Assembly (NCBI GenBank): GCA_964576585.1
Contig: CAZNWO010000021.1
Location: 1 to 31,429, forward strand
DNA: 31,429 nt
Direction of reading: 5' to 3'
DNA from: an uncultured Puniceicoccaceae bacterium
GTDB lineage: Bacteria; Verrucomicrobiota; Verrucomicrobiia; Opitutales; Seribacteraceae
Part shown: piece by piece, positions 8,272 to 18,094 of the stretch
How positions within the stretch are numbered: the stretch's first letter is position 1
Layout: each line of letters starts with the position of its first letter
Notes under the pieces: generated by a model
The model's database searches: none
The model's input: the letters and a program-made list of their open reading frames with translations, nothing else
Told to the model about the DNA's origin: nothing
Made by a program: the position numbers and the translations under genes

Positions 8272-11200
8272 AAAACTTCATCTTTTTTCTCTTGGGCATT
8301 GGGTTTTCACTGGGCCTTGCTCATGCCGCCGAACCCGTTGCCTCGTCCGACCAGTTGCCCCGTATTCCCCCGACCGAGGCTGATGAGGCTGTTCATACCT
8401 TTCGAATCAAGAAAGGGTTTGCCATAGAGTTGGCCGCTTCCGAGCCGAACGTTGCGGACCCCGTGTCCATGTCCTTCGATGCCAATGGCCGACTTTACGT
8501 CGTGGAAATGATCGGTTATTCCGAAAGGCGCGGTGACAAGGTTGGGCAGGTCCGTCTCCTAGAGGATGTTGACGGCGACGGCCATTACGAGAAGGCCTCT
8601 GTCTTCGCCCCTGGCTTGGCTTGGCCGACGGCGGTTTTTTGTTACGACGGAGGAGTTTTCGTCGTCGTGACGCCGGACCTTCTCTACCTCAAGGACACCA
8701 CTGGTGATGGGGTTGCCGACCTGCGCAAGGTGATTTACACAGGTTTCGGAAAAGGTCGCTCTCGTCTCAACATGCAAGCCCTTCCAAACAGCTTGCGTTG
8801 GGGTTTGGACAACAGGATTTACGGAGTCACTTCATCCAATGGAGCAGTATTGACGCGTCCCGATTCCAAGGAATTTGCCGCCGTCAGTTTAAATGGTCGC
8901 GACTTCTCGTTCGATCCTTCGACTCTTGACCTCCGCCCGGAAAGTGGCGGCGGTCAGCATGGTGCGACTTTTGACGATTTCGGCAGGCGTTTCGTTTCAA
9001 GCAACAGCAATCATTTGCAGGCCATCGTCTACGATTCCCGCTATGCTGCAAATCCACGATATGCCATGCCCGGTCCTAGGTTGGGCGTCGCGGTGGATGG
9101 TTCTGCTGCGGAAGTGTTTCGCATAAGTCCCGACGAACCTTGGAGAATCGTCAGGACCCGTTGGAGGGTTGCCTCGAAGGTGAGAGGTCCGGTTGAGGGA
9201 GGCGGGAGAGTCTCGGGATACTTTACCGCCGCAACCGGCGTTACCATTTACAGGGGCGATGCCTTTGGGGAGAGCTTTCGTGGAAATGCATTCGTTGCTG
9301 ATGCAGGCAGTAATCTCGTCCATCGCAAATTGTTGAAATATGCTGACGGAGTCGTTCCCAAGGGTGAAAGGCCTAAGGAAGAACGAAGCTCCGAGTTTCT
9401 CGCCTCCACCGACAACTGGTTTCGCCCGGTACAGCTTGGAAATGGACCGGACGGTTGCCTTTACATTCTGGACATGTACCGGGAGGTGATCGAGCATCCA
9501 TGGTCGCTCCCTCAGGGGATCAAGAAGCATCTCGATCTCAACAGCGGAAACGATCGTGGGCGAATCTGGCGTGTCTTGCCGAAGGATTTCAAGAGGCCGA
9601 GGAATCCTCGACTGGGTGATGCGACTACTCGCCAACTGGTTGACAATCTCTCTTCCCCGAACGCTTGGATTCGAGAGACTAGTTCGCGTCTCCTGTTCGA
9701 AAGAAGAGACGTCCGTGCGGTGTCTCTCTTGGGTCAGAAGTTGGCCAAAGATTCTTCTCACCTTGGTCGACTGCACGCCATTCATACCTTGGCAAGTCTC
9801 GGAAAGTTGAAGGCCGCCCAGATCTTGACTGCTTTTGCCGATGATCACCCTGTCGTCCGCGAACATGCCATTCGTTTGGCGGAACCATTCCTCAAACAAA
9901 AGCATTCGGAAGAAATGGCTGGGGCTCTCTTAGCCTTGAGCAAAGATTCTTCCGCTCCTGTGCGCTTCCAGTTGGCTCTCAGTTTGGGAATCCTTAAGGT
10001 ACAGGGTGAGGTGGAGGCATTGCTTGATCTACTTGGCAGGCATCCTGAAGACCCTTGGTTGAAACCTGCGCTAGTATCCGCTCTATCCACCCAGTCGGAG
10101 CAAGCTTTCGCACACTTAAAGAAACGCGAGGCCGATCCTGGGCAGGTGCTGACCCTTGCTCGGGAGATGCAGAGGAAAGGCTCGGGACTTGCTGGTTGTT
10201 CCCCCGAGATTTTGGAGTACGTAAAGCTTGCTTCCCTTCGGCTGATTCGTGAAGAGGCCCTTTCTCCCGAGAAGCGATTGGATGCCGTAAGTCTTCTCGT
10301 TAAGCTTGATGCCTCTGCCGCCCGCAAGCCTCTGTTCGACCTGTTGGAGGAGAAAAGCGAGAGCCTTCGACATGAAGCTCTGCTTGCACTGATTCGCTTG
10401 GCTCCGAAGGGTCTGGATCGACATGTTCTTGGGCGGTGGAAGGATTTGAGCCCTCGCTCGCGAGACGAATTCCTTTCCTTTGTCCTCAAGAACAACTTGA
10501 GCGTGAAGTTGTTCCTTGATGCGATCGAGGATGGTGTCGTCTTGGCCAAGGAACTTTCCTTGGGCAGGCTGAATATGTTCCGAAAACTCAAGGACGGAAA
10601 GCTTCGGGTCAGAGCGGTCAAGCTGATCGGTCCATTGCCGACAACTGAAAAAAAGCTCTCCAAGACCGCGTTGGTGAAATCCTACCTTCCTGCACTCGAA
10701 TTGAAAGGCGTGGCTTCAAGGGGAAAGATCACATATGATCAAAGGTGCTCTTCCTGTCATCGTGGATTTGGGCAGGGCTTTCAGCTTGGCCCTGATCTCG
10801 CTGGGATGAAGGCGGCCGGAGCCGAGAAGATTTTGACGGGCTTCTTGGATCCAAGTCGAGAGATCGCTGCAGACTTCGAGGCCTATCAGGTTCGGACTAA
10901 GGACGAAACCTTATTGGGCCTTCTTGCCAACGAGACACCAACTCATCTGACCATCCGTTTCCCCTTTGGGAAATCGATGACCGTTCGGCGTAAGGACGTT
11001 AAGGGGATGAAGAGTTTGGGCGCCTCCATCATGCCGGAAGGATTGGAGGCGGGGCTAGATCATCAGGCCGTAGCGGACTTGTTGGCTTTTGTTCTTGCTC
11101 CCGATCAAGGGTCTCGGCTTCCACCCTTTGACTTGCTCGTTCACCGAGACTCTTCTGGCGCAGTCCGTCCCGTTCGTACTAACGCAGATTGGAAAAAAAG

Positions 11201-12143
11201 GCGGGAATCAATTCTTCTTGGAGCAGAAGCCGTGATGGGCTCTTTTCCCAAGCCTCTCAATCGATTGCCACCCAAAATGGTTGTAGTCGATGAAGTGGAT
11301 GCGGGCACGTACGTACGACGTTCCATAAACTATTTTGTTTCCAAGGATTCTCCCGTGCCTGCCCACCTTTGCATCCCCAAAAAACTCCTGTCGGGGAAAG
11401 AAAAGGCTAAGGCGGTGCTTTGTCTTCACCCAACTGACAACAATGTGGGTCGAAAGGTCGTTCTTGGATTGGGAGGGCGACCAGGTCGCGCCTATGCTGC
11501 GGAACTCGCGGAGCGTGGTTTCGTCACCCTGTCTCCGGCATATCCCTTGCTTGCTGACTATCAGGTTAGCCCCGGCAAGCGTGGATTCGAGAGCGGTACC
11601 ATGATGGCCATTTGGGACAATTCCCGCGGTTTGGACCTGCTGGAATCCTTGTCCTTTGTCGATTCCTCTCCTGGTTTTGGGGTGATCGGGCATTCGCTGG
11701 GCGGACATAACGCCATCTTCACTGCTACCTTCGACAAGCGTCTTTCCGTTGTGGCGGTAAGTTGTTCCTTCGACTCCTTTCCCGATTATTACGATGGCAA
11801 CGAAAAGAATTGGGTGTCTGGTCGCGGATGGTGCCAGACTCGCTACATGCCCCGAATGGCCGATTATCGAGGACGCCTTTCCCAGATACCCTTTGACTTT
11901 CCGGAGCTTTTGGGTGCCTTGGCTCCGAGGCCAATCTTCATTTCAGCGCCTAAGGGAGACACCAACTTCCGTTGGAAAAGCACCTCGCGCTGCGCCAAGG
12001 CTGCGGCCCAAGTTTACAATTTGCTTAACGCCAAGAGAAACCTGATCTCTCTACATCCAGACTGTGGGCACAATTTCCCTAAGGAAGTTCGCGAAAAAGC
12101 CTACGACTTCATATCCGAAGCCTTGTCAGTGAAAAGCAAATGA
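8268..12143 (+). CDS. PVC-type putative membrane-bound dehydrogenase domain protein: N-terminal sugar-dehydrogenase-like beta-propeller, HEAT repeats and a CxxCH cytochrome c domain, fused to a C-terminal alpha/beta-hydrolase (esterase) domain; 1291 aa
   Basis: The true start is the ATG at 8268 (MKNFIFFLLGIGFSLGLAHA signal), not the upstream ATG at 8196 that opens the listed ORF. The N-terminal block FRIKKGFAIELAASEPNVADPVSMSFDANGRLYVVE matches the hallmark start of the PVC dehydrogenase-domain family. The central region has HEAT-like repeats. CSSCH at 10746-10760 is a single c-type heme motif. The C-terminal ~300 aa have an HPTDNN oxyanion-like region and the GHSLGG nucleophile elbow (Ser codon 11694-11696). 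Confidence 0.8.
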   Translation: MKNFIFFLLGIGFSLGLAHAAEPVASSDQLPRIPPTEADEAVHTFRIKKGFAIELAASEPNVADPVSMSFDANGRLYVVEMIGYSERRGDKVGQVRLLEDVDGDGHYEKASVFAPGLAWPTAVFCYDGGVFVVVTPDLLYLKDTTGDGVADLRKVIYTGFGKGRSRLNMQALPNSLRWGLDNRIYGVTSSNGAVLTRPDSKEFAAVSLNGRDFSFDPSTLDLRPESGGGQHGATFDDFGRRFVSSNSNHLQAIVYDSRYAANPRYAMPGPRLGVAVDGSAAEVFRISPDEPWRIVRTRWRVASKVRGPVEGGGRVSGYFTAATGVTIYRGDAFGESFRGNAFVADAGSNLVHRKLLKYADGVVPKGERPKEERSSEFLASTDNWFRPVQLGNGPDGCLYILDMYREVIEHPWSLPQGIKKHLDLNSGNDRGRIWRVLPKDFKRPRNPRLGDATTRQLVDNLSSPNAWIRETSSRLLFERRDVRAVSLLGQKLAKDSSHLGRLHAIHTLASLGKLKAAQILTAFADDHPVVREHAIRLAEPFLKQKHSEEMAGALLALSKDSSAPVRFQLALSLGILKVQGEVEALLDLLGRHPEDPWLKPALVSALSTQSEQAFAHLKKREADPGQVLTLAREMQRKGSGLAGCSPEILEYVKLASLRLIREEALSPEKRLDAVSLLVKLDASAARKPLFDLLEEKSESLRHEALLALIRLAPKGLDRHVLGRWKDLSPRSRDEFLSFVLKNNLSVKLFLDAIEDGVVLAKELSLGRLNMFRKLKDGKLRVRAVKLIGPLPTTEKKLSKTALVKSYLPALELKGVASRGKITYDQRCSSCHRGFGQGFQLGPDLAGMKAAGAEKILTGFLDPSREIAADFEAYQVRTKDETLLGLLANETPTHLTIRFPFGKSMTVRRKDVKGMKSLGASIMPEGLEAGLDHQAVADLLAFVLAPDQGSRLPPFDLLVHRDSSGAVRPVRTNADWKKRRESILLGAEAVMGSFPKPLNRLPPKMVVVDEVDAGTYVRRSINYFVSKDSPVPAHLCIPKKLLSGKEKAKAVLCLHPTDNNVGRKVVLGLGGRPGRAYAAELAERGFVTLSPAYPLLADYQVSPGKRGFESGTMMAIWDNSRGLDLLESLSFVDSSPGFGVIGHSLGGHNAIFTATFDKRLSVVAVSCSFDSFPDYYDGNEKNWVSGRGWCQTRYMPRMADYRGRLSQIPFDFPELLGALAPRPIFISAPKGDTNFRWKSTSRCAKAAAQVYNLLNAKRNLISLHPDCGHNFPKEVREKAYDFISEALSVKSK

Positions 12144-12153
12144 ATTCAGGTGC

Positions 12154-13326
12154 CTATCGCTTTCCCTGAGCCTTGCGAAGCGCGGCAAGACAGGCGTCCG
12201 AACCTTGCAGAGCATGCTTCGGCCTTGGATGTTCAGCTGTGAATACCAGAAGTTTCTCCTTTGCCAAGGGCTTGAAGTGCTTTTCGTTGATTTCTCCATC
12301 ATCCCCCGAGATTTGGCTTAACCGAAGTTTCAATGCTTTCGCGAAAAACCTATACACGGGTTTGCGCTTGGAGAAGCCGTAATCATGTTTCTCGTCGGCC
12401 AAATGAAAATTCTCGACCCTGTTCTCGGCTCCAAAGAGTGAATAAACCCGACGCGCAAAGGGGAACTCTACCTTAGGCGTATTCTTGGTCCAATCGCCTC
12501 CCACGCTTACAAGTAGGAGTGGGCGCGGCGCGGCCATGGCGGCAATCTCCGCGTTGTTGGTCTTGTGTGATTTGCTTTCATGTATAGGCATGCCGCTTTC
12601 ACAATTGCATCCTCCATAGAAATGGGCCGATGCCATTACTACGGGAGCCGCCACCCTCACCCTCGGGTCAAGGGCGGTAAGCATGAAGGTTTGGGTGCCG
12701 CCACCTGATTCCCCCGTGACACCGATGCGACTTGGGTCGACCTCACGAAAGCTCAAGAGATAGTCAAGGGCTCGCATGCTGTTCCAAGTCTGGTAAGCGA
12801 AGACGTTCTTGTCCCTTCGATGATCCACGCTTTTTGCATCTTCGTTCCAGCCGACCATGTCGTAGGCGAAAACGATTGCGCCCATGCGGGCGAGTGAGGC
12901 GCAGCGGGCTTGAGTGTACTCTGCCAAGCGACCTTCCGGGGAGTGCCCGTGAGGGCAAAGTACACCCGCGAATTTTGCCAAGCCACCTTTTCGCAAAGGT
13001 CGATAGAGGTTTCCCGTAACAAAGAATCCCGGCAGACTTTCGAAATGAACGTTTTCCACGGAGTAGCCATCCATTTCCCTTTTGGAATGGCTTTTGGCTT
13101 TTAGAGGCGTTCTTTCCGGAAGGGGTGTCAATCCTGCCCCCTTGAGGATTCCGGATAGGTTTCGCTTCTTTCTTTCTTCCCATCCCTCCCGATCCGTGAA
13201 GGTCTTGGCAAAAGCGTCTAGGTTTCTGGCGCCTTCTTCTTCTGAAATCTTAGGGAAGGCATCCAAAAATGCATTTAGGGTTATACCTGACAAAAGCAGG
13301 GTGAGGGTTTTTAGGGCTTTGGCCAT
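12154..13326 (-). CDS. Alpha/beta-hydrolase (acetyl-xylan-esterase / dienelactone-hydrolase-like), paralogous to the C-terminal domain of the preceding giant protein
   Basis: GVTGESGGG (GxSxG) and CPHGHS align block-wise with LCLHPTDNN / GHSLGG in the 8268-12143 protein. It has an N-terminal signal-like hydrophobic segment. It is convergent with the giant gene, with only 10 nt between the stops. Confidence 0.75.
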   Translation of the reverse strand: MAKALKTLTLLLSGITLNAFLDAFPKISEEEGARNLDAFAKTFTDREGWEERKKRNLSGILKGAGLTPLPERTPLKAKSHSKREMDGYSVENVHFESLPGFFVTGNLYRPLRKGGLAKFAGVLCPHGHSPEGRLAEYTQARCASLARMGAIVFAYDMVGWNEDAKSVDHRRDKNVFAYQTWNSMRALDYLLSFREVDPSRIGVTGESGGGTQTFMLTALDPRVRVAAPVVMASAHFYGGCNCESGMPIHESKSHKTNNAEIAAMAAPRPLLLVSVGGDWTKNTPKVEFPFARRVYSLFGAENRVENFHLADEKHDYGFSKRKPVYRFFAKALKLRLSQISGDDGEINEKHFKPLAKEKLLVFTAEHPRPKHALQGSDACLAALRKAQGKR

Positions 13327-13460
13327 GGTTAGCTTTGTTTGGAGTTTTTTGAAAAAAATGTTTTAGTTTTTCCCTATATTTTCTAAAGATGCCTTTACTC
13401 CTTTAAATGCAACCTCGAAACTGTTCTTGAATTCAATTCTTTTTTTACATCTTACAACCC

Positions 13461-14153
13461 ATGAAAACTACCAAGCTTCTTCTCTCTGTAATTCTTCTTT
13501 CTTCCATCACCTCGTTTGTTTTTGCCGATAAGGGCAAGGTGATCTTTGACGGCAAGTCCCTCGATGGTTGGGACGGCGACCCGAAGTTTTGGTCCGCAAA
13601 GGATGGAGCAATCGTTGGTCAGACTACCAAGAGCAATCCTACCCGAGGCAACACCTTCATTATTTGGAAAGGAGGAAAACTTGATGACTTCGATCTCACT
13701 TTGGAGTTCAAGATTGAGGGAGGCAACAGTGGCATCCAATATCGCAGTTTCATTAAGCCTGGAAAGCATGACGGTTGGCGTATTGGTGGATATCAAGCCG
13801 ATTTCGAGTCGGGCGATCGTTATTCCGGGATTTGTTACGGTGAAGGCTTCCGTGGAATTCTTTCCGATCGTGGTTTCAAGACTACCTTGACCAAGGTGAA
13901 CGGGAAATTACAGAAAAAAGCGGAAAAATTTGGTGAATCTCGTGAGATTGGAAAGGCAGTCAAGAAAGGCGAATGGAATAAGTATAGGATTACCGCAAAG
14001 GGTTTTCATTTCGTTCACTACATTAATGGCGTAAAAACCACTGAACTTATTGACAACGACGAATCCACGCGGCGCAAGGATGGTCTGCTGGCCCTGCAGT
14101 TGCATGCAGGTCCTCCAATGAAAGTTTCATTTCGGAACTTTACCCTCAAGTGA
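13461..14153 (+). CDS. DUF1080 (3-keto-disaccharide hydrolase-like, PF06439) domain protein, secreted
   Basis: Signal peptide MKTTKLLLSVILLSSITSFVFA. DGWDGDPKFWSAKDGAIVGQ and LALQLHAGPPMKVSFRNFTLK are the N- and C-terminal hallmarks of DUF1080 proteins. An AT-rich divergent promoter region lies upstream. Confidence 0.85.
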   Translation: MKTTKLLLSVILLSSITSFVFADKGKVIFDGKSLDGWDGDPKFWSAKDGAIVGQTTKSNPTRGNTFIIWKGGKLDDFDLTLEFKIEGGNSGIQYRSFIKPGKHDGWRIGGYQADFESGDRYSGICYGEGFRGILSDRGFKTTLTKVNGKLQKKAEKFGESREIGKAVKKGEWNKYRITAKGFHFVHYINGVKTTELIDNDESTRRKDGLLALQLHAGPPMKVSFRNFTLK

Positions 14154-14576
14154 TTGTTGGGCAAATCACTAACTAAACCATTCGCAACTTTTTGGAGACT
14201 CTCCATTTCATTTGGAGAGAATGCCCGCTAGAAAGTAAATGCAAAGGCCAATGCTCGTTATAATTACGATGCATTTTGCGGCAGTCATCAAAGTCTTGTG
14301 CCAATCCGAAGGGGTCGGGTCGTAATTTGCATCCTCCGGGTCCGAGGATAGATTCATTGGTCTTCTACTCATTCTTGATTTCTTTATAGGTATCGGTGGG
14401 ACTTTTTACGGGAACACTCCCGCACAATCATTTTCCGGACAGTTTCTATTGAATTTTTAACTTAAACCTCCTCGTTATATCATCGGAATGCAAATTATTT
14501 TGAACGATACCTTCATGATTGGTCAAATTATTTTTACATTATTTTGCAGAATCTTTGCATGAATTAAGTTGGTTCG

Positions 14577-15533
14577 GTGAAAACAGACGCACCAAATTCA
14601 TCAGTTTCTAAACTTGTGCTTGCAGGCGGTTCAGGATTTTTGGGTCAGGCCTTGGCAAAGTTTTTTGTCGGAGCAGGTTATGATGTCGTTATGCTGAGTC
14701 GAGGTGTCGGAGCACCCGGTGAGTCCTCGAAACTGCGTGTCGTACAATGGAATCCTGATGCAATGCGTTTGGAATCTTGGGCAAAGGAATTGGAGGGAGC
14801 CAAGGGAGTGATTAATTTGTGCGGTCGTTCCGTGGATTGCAGGTACAGTAAGGAGAATCGTCGGCAGATTTTAGATTCGCGCGTTAACTCCACGCGCCTG
14901 CTAGGCGAAGCTATTGCGGCTATGAGCAATCCCCCCGAAGTCTGGCTCAACGCAAGCACTGCTACCATTTACTCAGATCGCCGAGGAGATTTAAACCCTC
15001 ACGACGAAAATAGTAATGACTTAGGCCACGGTTTTTCCGTGGAGGTTGCCAAGGCTTGGGAGAATGCCTTTTGGGAATTCGACTTGTCTCATGTTCGCCA
15101 AGTGGCGATGCGGATTAGTATTGTGTTGGGAGAGGGTGGAGCCTTCCCGGTCATGCGTCGCTTCGCCAAGCTTTTGTTGGGCGGAAGACAAGGGCCTGGT
15201 TCACAATGGATGAGTTGGCTGCATGTCGAAGATTTCGTAGGTATCGTTGAATTCCTTCTGTCCAACGACAAGGTTCGGGGAGTCGTGAATTTTGCGGCGC
15301 CATTCCCGGTTCGCAACACTGCGTTTATGCATGAGATGCGAAAAAGGTTCGCCCCATTGGAGATCGGCTTTCCTGCTCCAACGCCTGCAGTTCATTTTGG
15401 AGCATTTTTTCTTAGAACTTCTCCCGAGCTCGTTTTAAAAAGCCGAAAGGTGGTTTCCTCCACCTTGGAGAAGCATGGTTACAAGTTCCGTTTTCCGAAA
15501 ATTGCCGAGGCGATCAAGGATTTGTCGGCCTAG
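14577..15533 (+). CDS. TIGR01777/YfcH-like NAD-dependent epimerase family protein (SDR fold with C-terminal DUF1731-like region)
   Basis: A Rossmann motif LVLAGGSGFLGQALAKFFVGAGYDVVMLSR lies near the N-terminus. Length and C-terminal block match YfcH-type proteins. The start is uncertain: GTG at 14577, or the internal GTG at 14616. Confidence 0.7.
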   Translation: MKTDAPNSSVSKLVLAGGSGFLGQALAKFFVGAGYDVVMLSRGVGAPGESSKLRVVQWNPDAMRLESWAKELEGAKGVINLCGRSVDCRYSKENRRQILDSRVNSTRLLGEAIAAMSNPPEVWLNASTATIYSDRRGDLNPHDENSNDLGHGFSVEVAKAWENAFWEFDLSHVRQVAMRISIVLGEGGAFPVMRRFAKLLLGGRQGPGSQWMSWLHVEDFVGIVEFLLSNDKVRGVVNFAAPFPVRNTAFMHEMRKRFAPLEIGFPAPTPAVHFGAFFLRTSPELVLKSRKVVSSTLEKHGYKFRFPKIAEAIKDLSA

Positions 15534-15553
15534 GCTTGGAATCCGGTTTTCTT

Positions 15554-16945
15554 TTACGTCAATTGCCTGATTGGGGATGCCCCGTGCAAGACGCGAGAGA
15601 CTTCTTCCGGCACACCTGCCATGCTGCGGATGGCGCCAAGGTCCAGAATCCTATCCATTATAGTGGCATAAAGATTCGGGATGGTAACCCGATCGGAATT
15701 GGGTTGCCCGCCATCCTTAGTTGAGGAACCTACGACTTCACCCATTCTGAGTCCGCCTCCATATAACAGCAAGGGAGCTGATCCCCCCCAGTGATCCCTT
15801 CCGCCTTTTCCATTGATCTTGGGTGTTCGCCCCATTTCACCGCAACATACAAGAAGGATTTTGTCTCGCAGTCCACGAGCCTCGACGTCTTCTATAAACG
15901 CGCTTACCGCATGGTCGAAGGGTCTGCCTACGTATTCCATGCCCTCGGGCATTGTGGCGTTGTTATTGTCCGCGTGCATGTCCCAAACGAAGTCAGTGCT
16001 TATCGTGATGAACCCAGCACCCCTTTCCGCCAGCCTTCTGGCAAGCAACAAGAGTTTCCCTAGGTTCTTTACGTGATTGGCATATCGCTTGTGGTTGTTC
16101 CACCGCCTGCTGATGTTTCTTGGATCCATCAGGCCTGCGGTATCATAGCGCTCGAGAGTCTTGGCATCCTCCTTCGAGACGTCGAACGCTTCCGAAATGC
16201 CTCCCGACAGGGTTTCGAAGGCTTGAGACTGAAACTTGTCCAGTCCCTCGGTCAAGGAACCGGAATCCACTCTCTTGCGAAAATTCCTCAGGCTTGCAAG
16301 GAAGGTCTGGCGATCGTCCAGTCGATTGGGGTCGACGGTTAGCTGCATGTCTCTTCTCAGGTCGCCTTTGCCGCTGGGTTGGAATGGTTCATAGGCAGGA
16401 CCTAGCGGCCCGGTGACGTCGAATTTTCCCAGAGACATGATCGGGTCCGAAGCTTCGGAGTCAACCGCCTGAGGATGGATCCAGACGTTTCTCGGCATGC
16501 CGGTTTGCGGGTGGCTTGCCCCTGCAATTTTGGCGTAGTGACAACCAATCTGCGCATTCGCGGAATATTCCTTGCTGACGATGGGCTTGGAATCATGGGC
16601 GCCGCTTTCTGTGGTGAAAGATCTAACGATGCTGAACTTGTCGTTTAGCTTGGCCAACTTCTCGAAGGTGGGTCCAAAGGTGATGCCGGGCAACTTGGTC
16701 TTGATTTCGCCCGTGGCGCTTCGGACACTGTCCGGGGCATCCATCTTCGGGTCGAAGGTTTCAAACTGGCTGGGTCCACCGTGCATGAATAGGAAAACGA
16801 CCGTCTTGTCCTTTGTCACCCCTCCTGCGGACTTTATGATGTCTTCAGCTTTCAGGAATTGCGGTAAACTGATTCCCCCCAAGGCCAACCCTCCCATTTG
16901 AAGGAAGCACCTTCTATTCAGGAAGCTATCTTTAGGTTTCAGCAT
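15554..16945 (-). CDS. DUF1501 domain protein (sulfatase-like fold), Tat-exported
   Basis: Tat motif NRRCFLQMGGLALGG. The conserved blocks FLFMHGGPSQFETFDPK and ILLVCCGEMGRTP..GRDHWG are typical of PF07394 DUF1501 proteins from Planctomycetes and Verrucomicrobia. Confidence 0.9.
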   Translation of the reverse strand: MLKPKDSFLNRRCFLQMGGLALGGISLPQFLKAEDIIKSAGGVTKDKTVVFLFMHGGPSQFETFDPKMDAPDSVRSATGEIKTKLPGITFGPTFEKLAKLNDKFSIVRSFTTESGAHDSKPIVSKEYSANAQIGCHYAKIAGASHPQTGMPRNVWIHPQAVDSEASDPIMSLGKFDVTGPLGPAYEPFQPSGKGDLRRDMQLTVDPNRLDDRQTFLASLRNFRKRVDSGSLTEGLDKFQSQAFETLSGGISEAFDVSKEDAKTLERYDTAGLMDPRNISRRWNNHKRYANHVKNLGKLLLLARRLAERGAGFITISTDFVWDMHADNNNATMPEGMEYVGRPFDHAVSAFIEDVEARGLRDKILLVCCGEMGRTPKINGKGGRDHWGGSAPLLLYGGGLRMGEVVGSSTKDGGQPNSDRVTIPNLYATIMDRILDLGAIRSMAGVPEEVSRVLHGASPIRQLT

Positions 16946-16964
16946 GATTACTTAGTCAATCATG
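16941..16964 (-). promoter_or_regulatory. 8-bp stem hairpin that includes the DUF1501 start codon
   Basis: gcatgatt (16941-16948) and aatcatgc (16957-16964) are reverse complements with an 8-nt loop. On the minus-strand mRNA the AUG (16945-16943) lies inside the 3' arm of the stem. No other support. Confidence 0.25.
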
Positions 16965-17105
16965 CAACAAATCGATGCAGTCGCCAACTTATTTTGGCTG
17001 TTTTTCGCATTTTCAGGAATCACTTGATTGGGAGGCCTCGAGCTTTTCAAGCCTCTCAAGCGAGATTTTTTACCACCCTTAAGGGTTGCTTCTTTTTCAG
17101 GCCAA

Positions 17106-18002
17106 CTAGGATTTGAGGAAGTTTTCGTATTCGGTCAGAATCTCGAACCTGCTGCATCGTTTTCGCAGTGCGATTCTGGCTCGGTAGCCGTATTGCTGTA
17201 AAACCTCGTACTTGGGGACGAGGAATTGAAAGTCCCACGCAGGGTTCGAGGTGTTTCCCTTTTGGTTGTAGCCGCCACCGCTGGGAGAATGGGTGAATCG
17301 GATTTCTTTCGAGCGATTAAACATTATGATATAGGTCAAGTCCTCGAAATGACCGTAATAAAAGGTTTTGGAAAACCTCATCGGCGAATGGTTCTTGAAC
17401 AGGGCGTCACGACTTCCCTCGAGAAAGTCGAGCTTCAGGTTGTCGTCGAAATGGGAAACGGTGCTTTCGTCATCGTGTTTCTGTGTGCACAATTGCATCC
17501 ATAGGTCGTCCCCCTTTTTCCACCCACCTTTAAAATACATGCTTTTGTCGATGGGGCCGTTCACGTAACTGGCCCAGAAACAACCGAACCATCCCCTGTC
17601 GTGGGCATGCTGCAGGGGCTTGCAGTTGAAGTCGACGTCAACGTAATGGGGCCTTCGTAGAGTAAATCGCGTCGAGCTTTCGATAAAGAAGTGCGGCACG
17701 GATTCTTGCTTCAGCTCCACTTGACTGTCATTCAGTTTTTTCAACTCCATCGGGTGCCTGCGAGGCTGAAAGAAAACGTCTCGGTTGAGAAATTCGGTTT
17801 CCCCGTTGAAAAAGTGTTCCAGGTTGAATCCTGCGTAGGGCGGCACAAAGAGGTTTCTTGCCCCCAGTTTGTGTCGCAGGCTCCAGATGCCGTTGTAGCC
17901 TGCCCGATGGTCTTTGTGCCCGGCGTTGTCGCCGATTACGACTTCTATGTCTCCCAAGCTAAGTTTTTCGTGCGCCATGTGATATAACTTCTCGAGCACC
18001 AT
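17106..18002 (-). CDS. Hypothetical protein, 298 aa, no signal peptide and no recognisable family
   Basis: Clean 298-aa ORF with balanced composition. It is rich in aromatic residues (WFGCFWASYVNGP, FYYGHFEDLTYIIMF) and is divergent from the PmoA-like gene. No motif I can name. Confidence 0.55.
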   Translation of the reverse strand: MVLEKLYHMAHEKLSLGDIEVVIGDNAGHKDHRAGYNGIWSLRHKLGARNLFVPPYAGFNLEHFFNGETEFLNRDVFFQPRRHPMELKKLNDSQVELKQESVPHFFIESSTRFTLRRPHYVDVDFNCKPLQHAHDRGWFGCFWASYVNGPIDKSMYFKGGWKKGDDLWMQLCTQKHDDESTVSHFDDNLKLDFLEGSRDALFKNHSPMRFSKTFYYGHFEDLTYIIMFNRSKEIRFTHSPSGGGYNQKGNTSNPAWDFQFLVPKYEVLQQYGYRARIALRKRCSRFEILTEYENFLKS

Positions 18003-18094
18003 TGACGACTACGAACCTTTTTTTCTCAAGCCTTAAGGAATGGTCAGTGGTTTTTTGCGCTGACATTCTTTTTTTGTTGGATACCCGTTGAGTC

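Noticed and set aside
8997-10663. Two long minus-strand ORFs (302 aa and 272 aa) inside the giant gene
   Set aside because: They are antisense to the 1291-aa PVC cytochrome gene, are Ser/Arg-rich and have no motifs. They are typical shadow ORFs in GC-biased third positions.
17040-17105. Possible rho-independent terminator (GC-rich segment followed by a T-run, ...caagcgagattttttacc) between the 17106-18002 gene and the DUF1501 gene
   Set aside because: The T-run is on the plus strand, but both flanking genes are on the minus strand, where it reads as an A-run. The stem is also imperfect. It is not a credible terminator for either gene.
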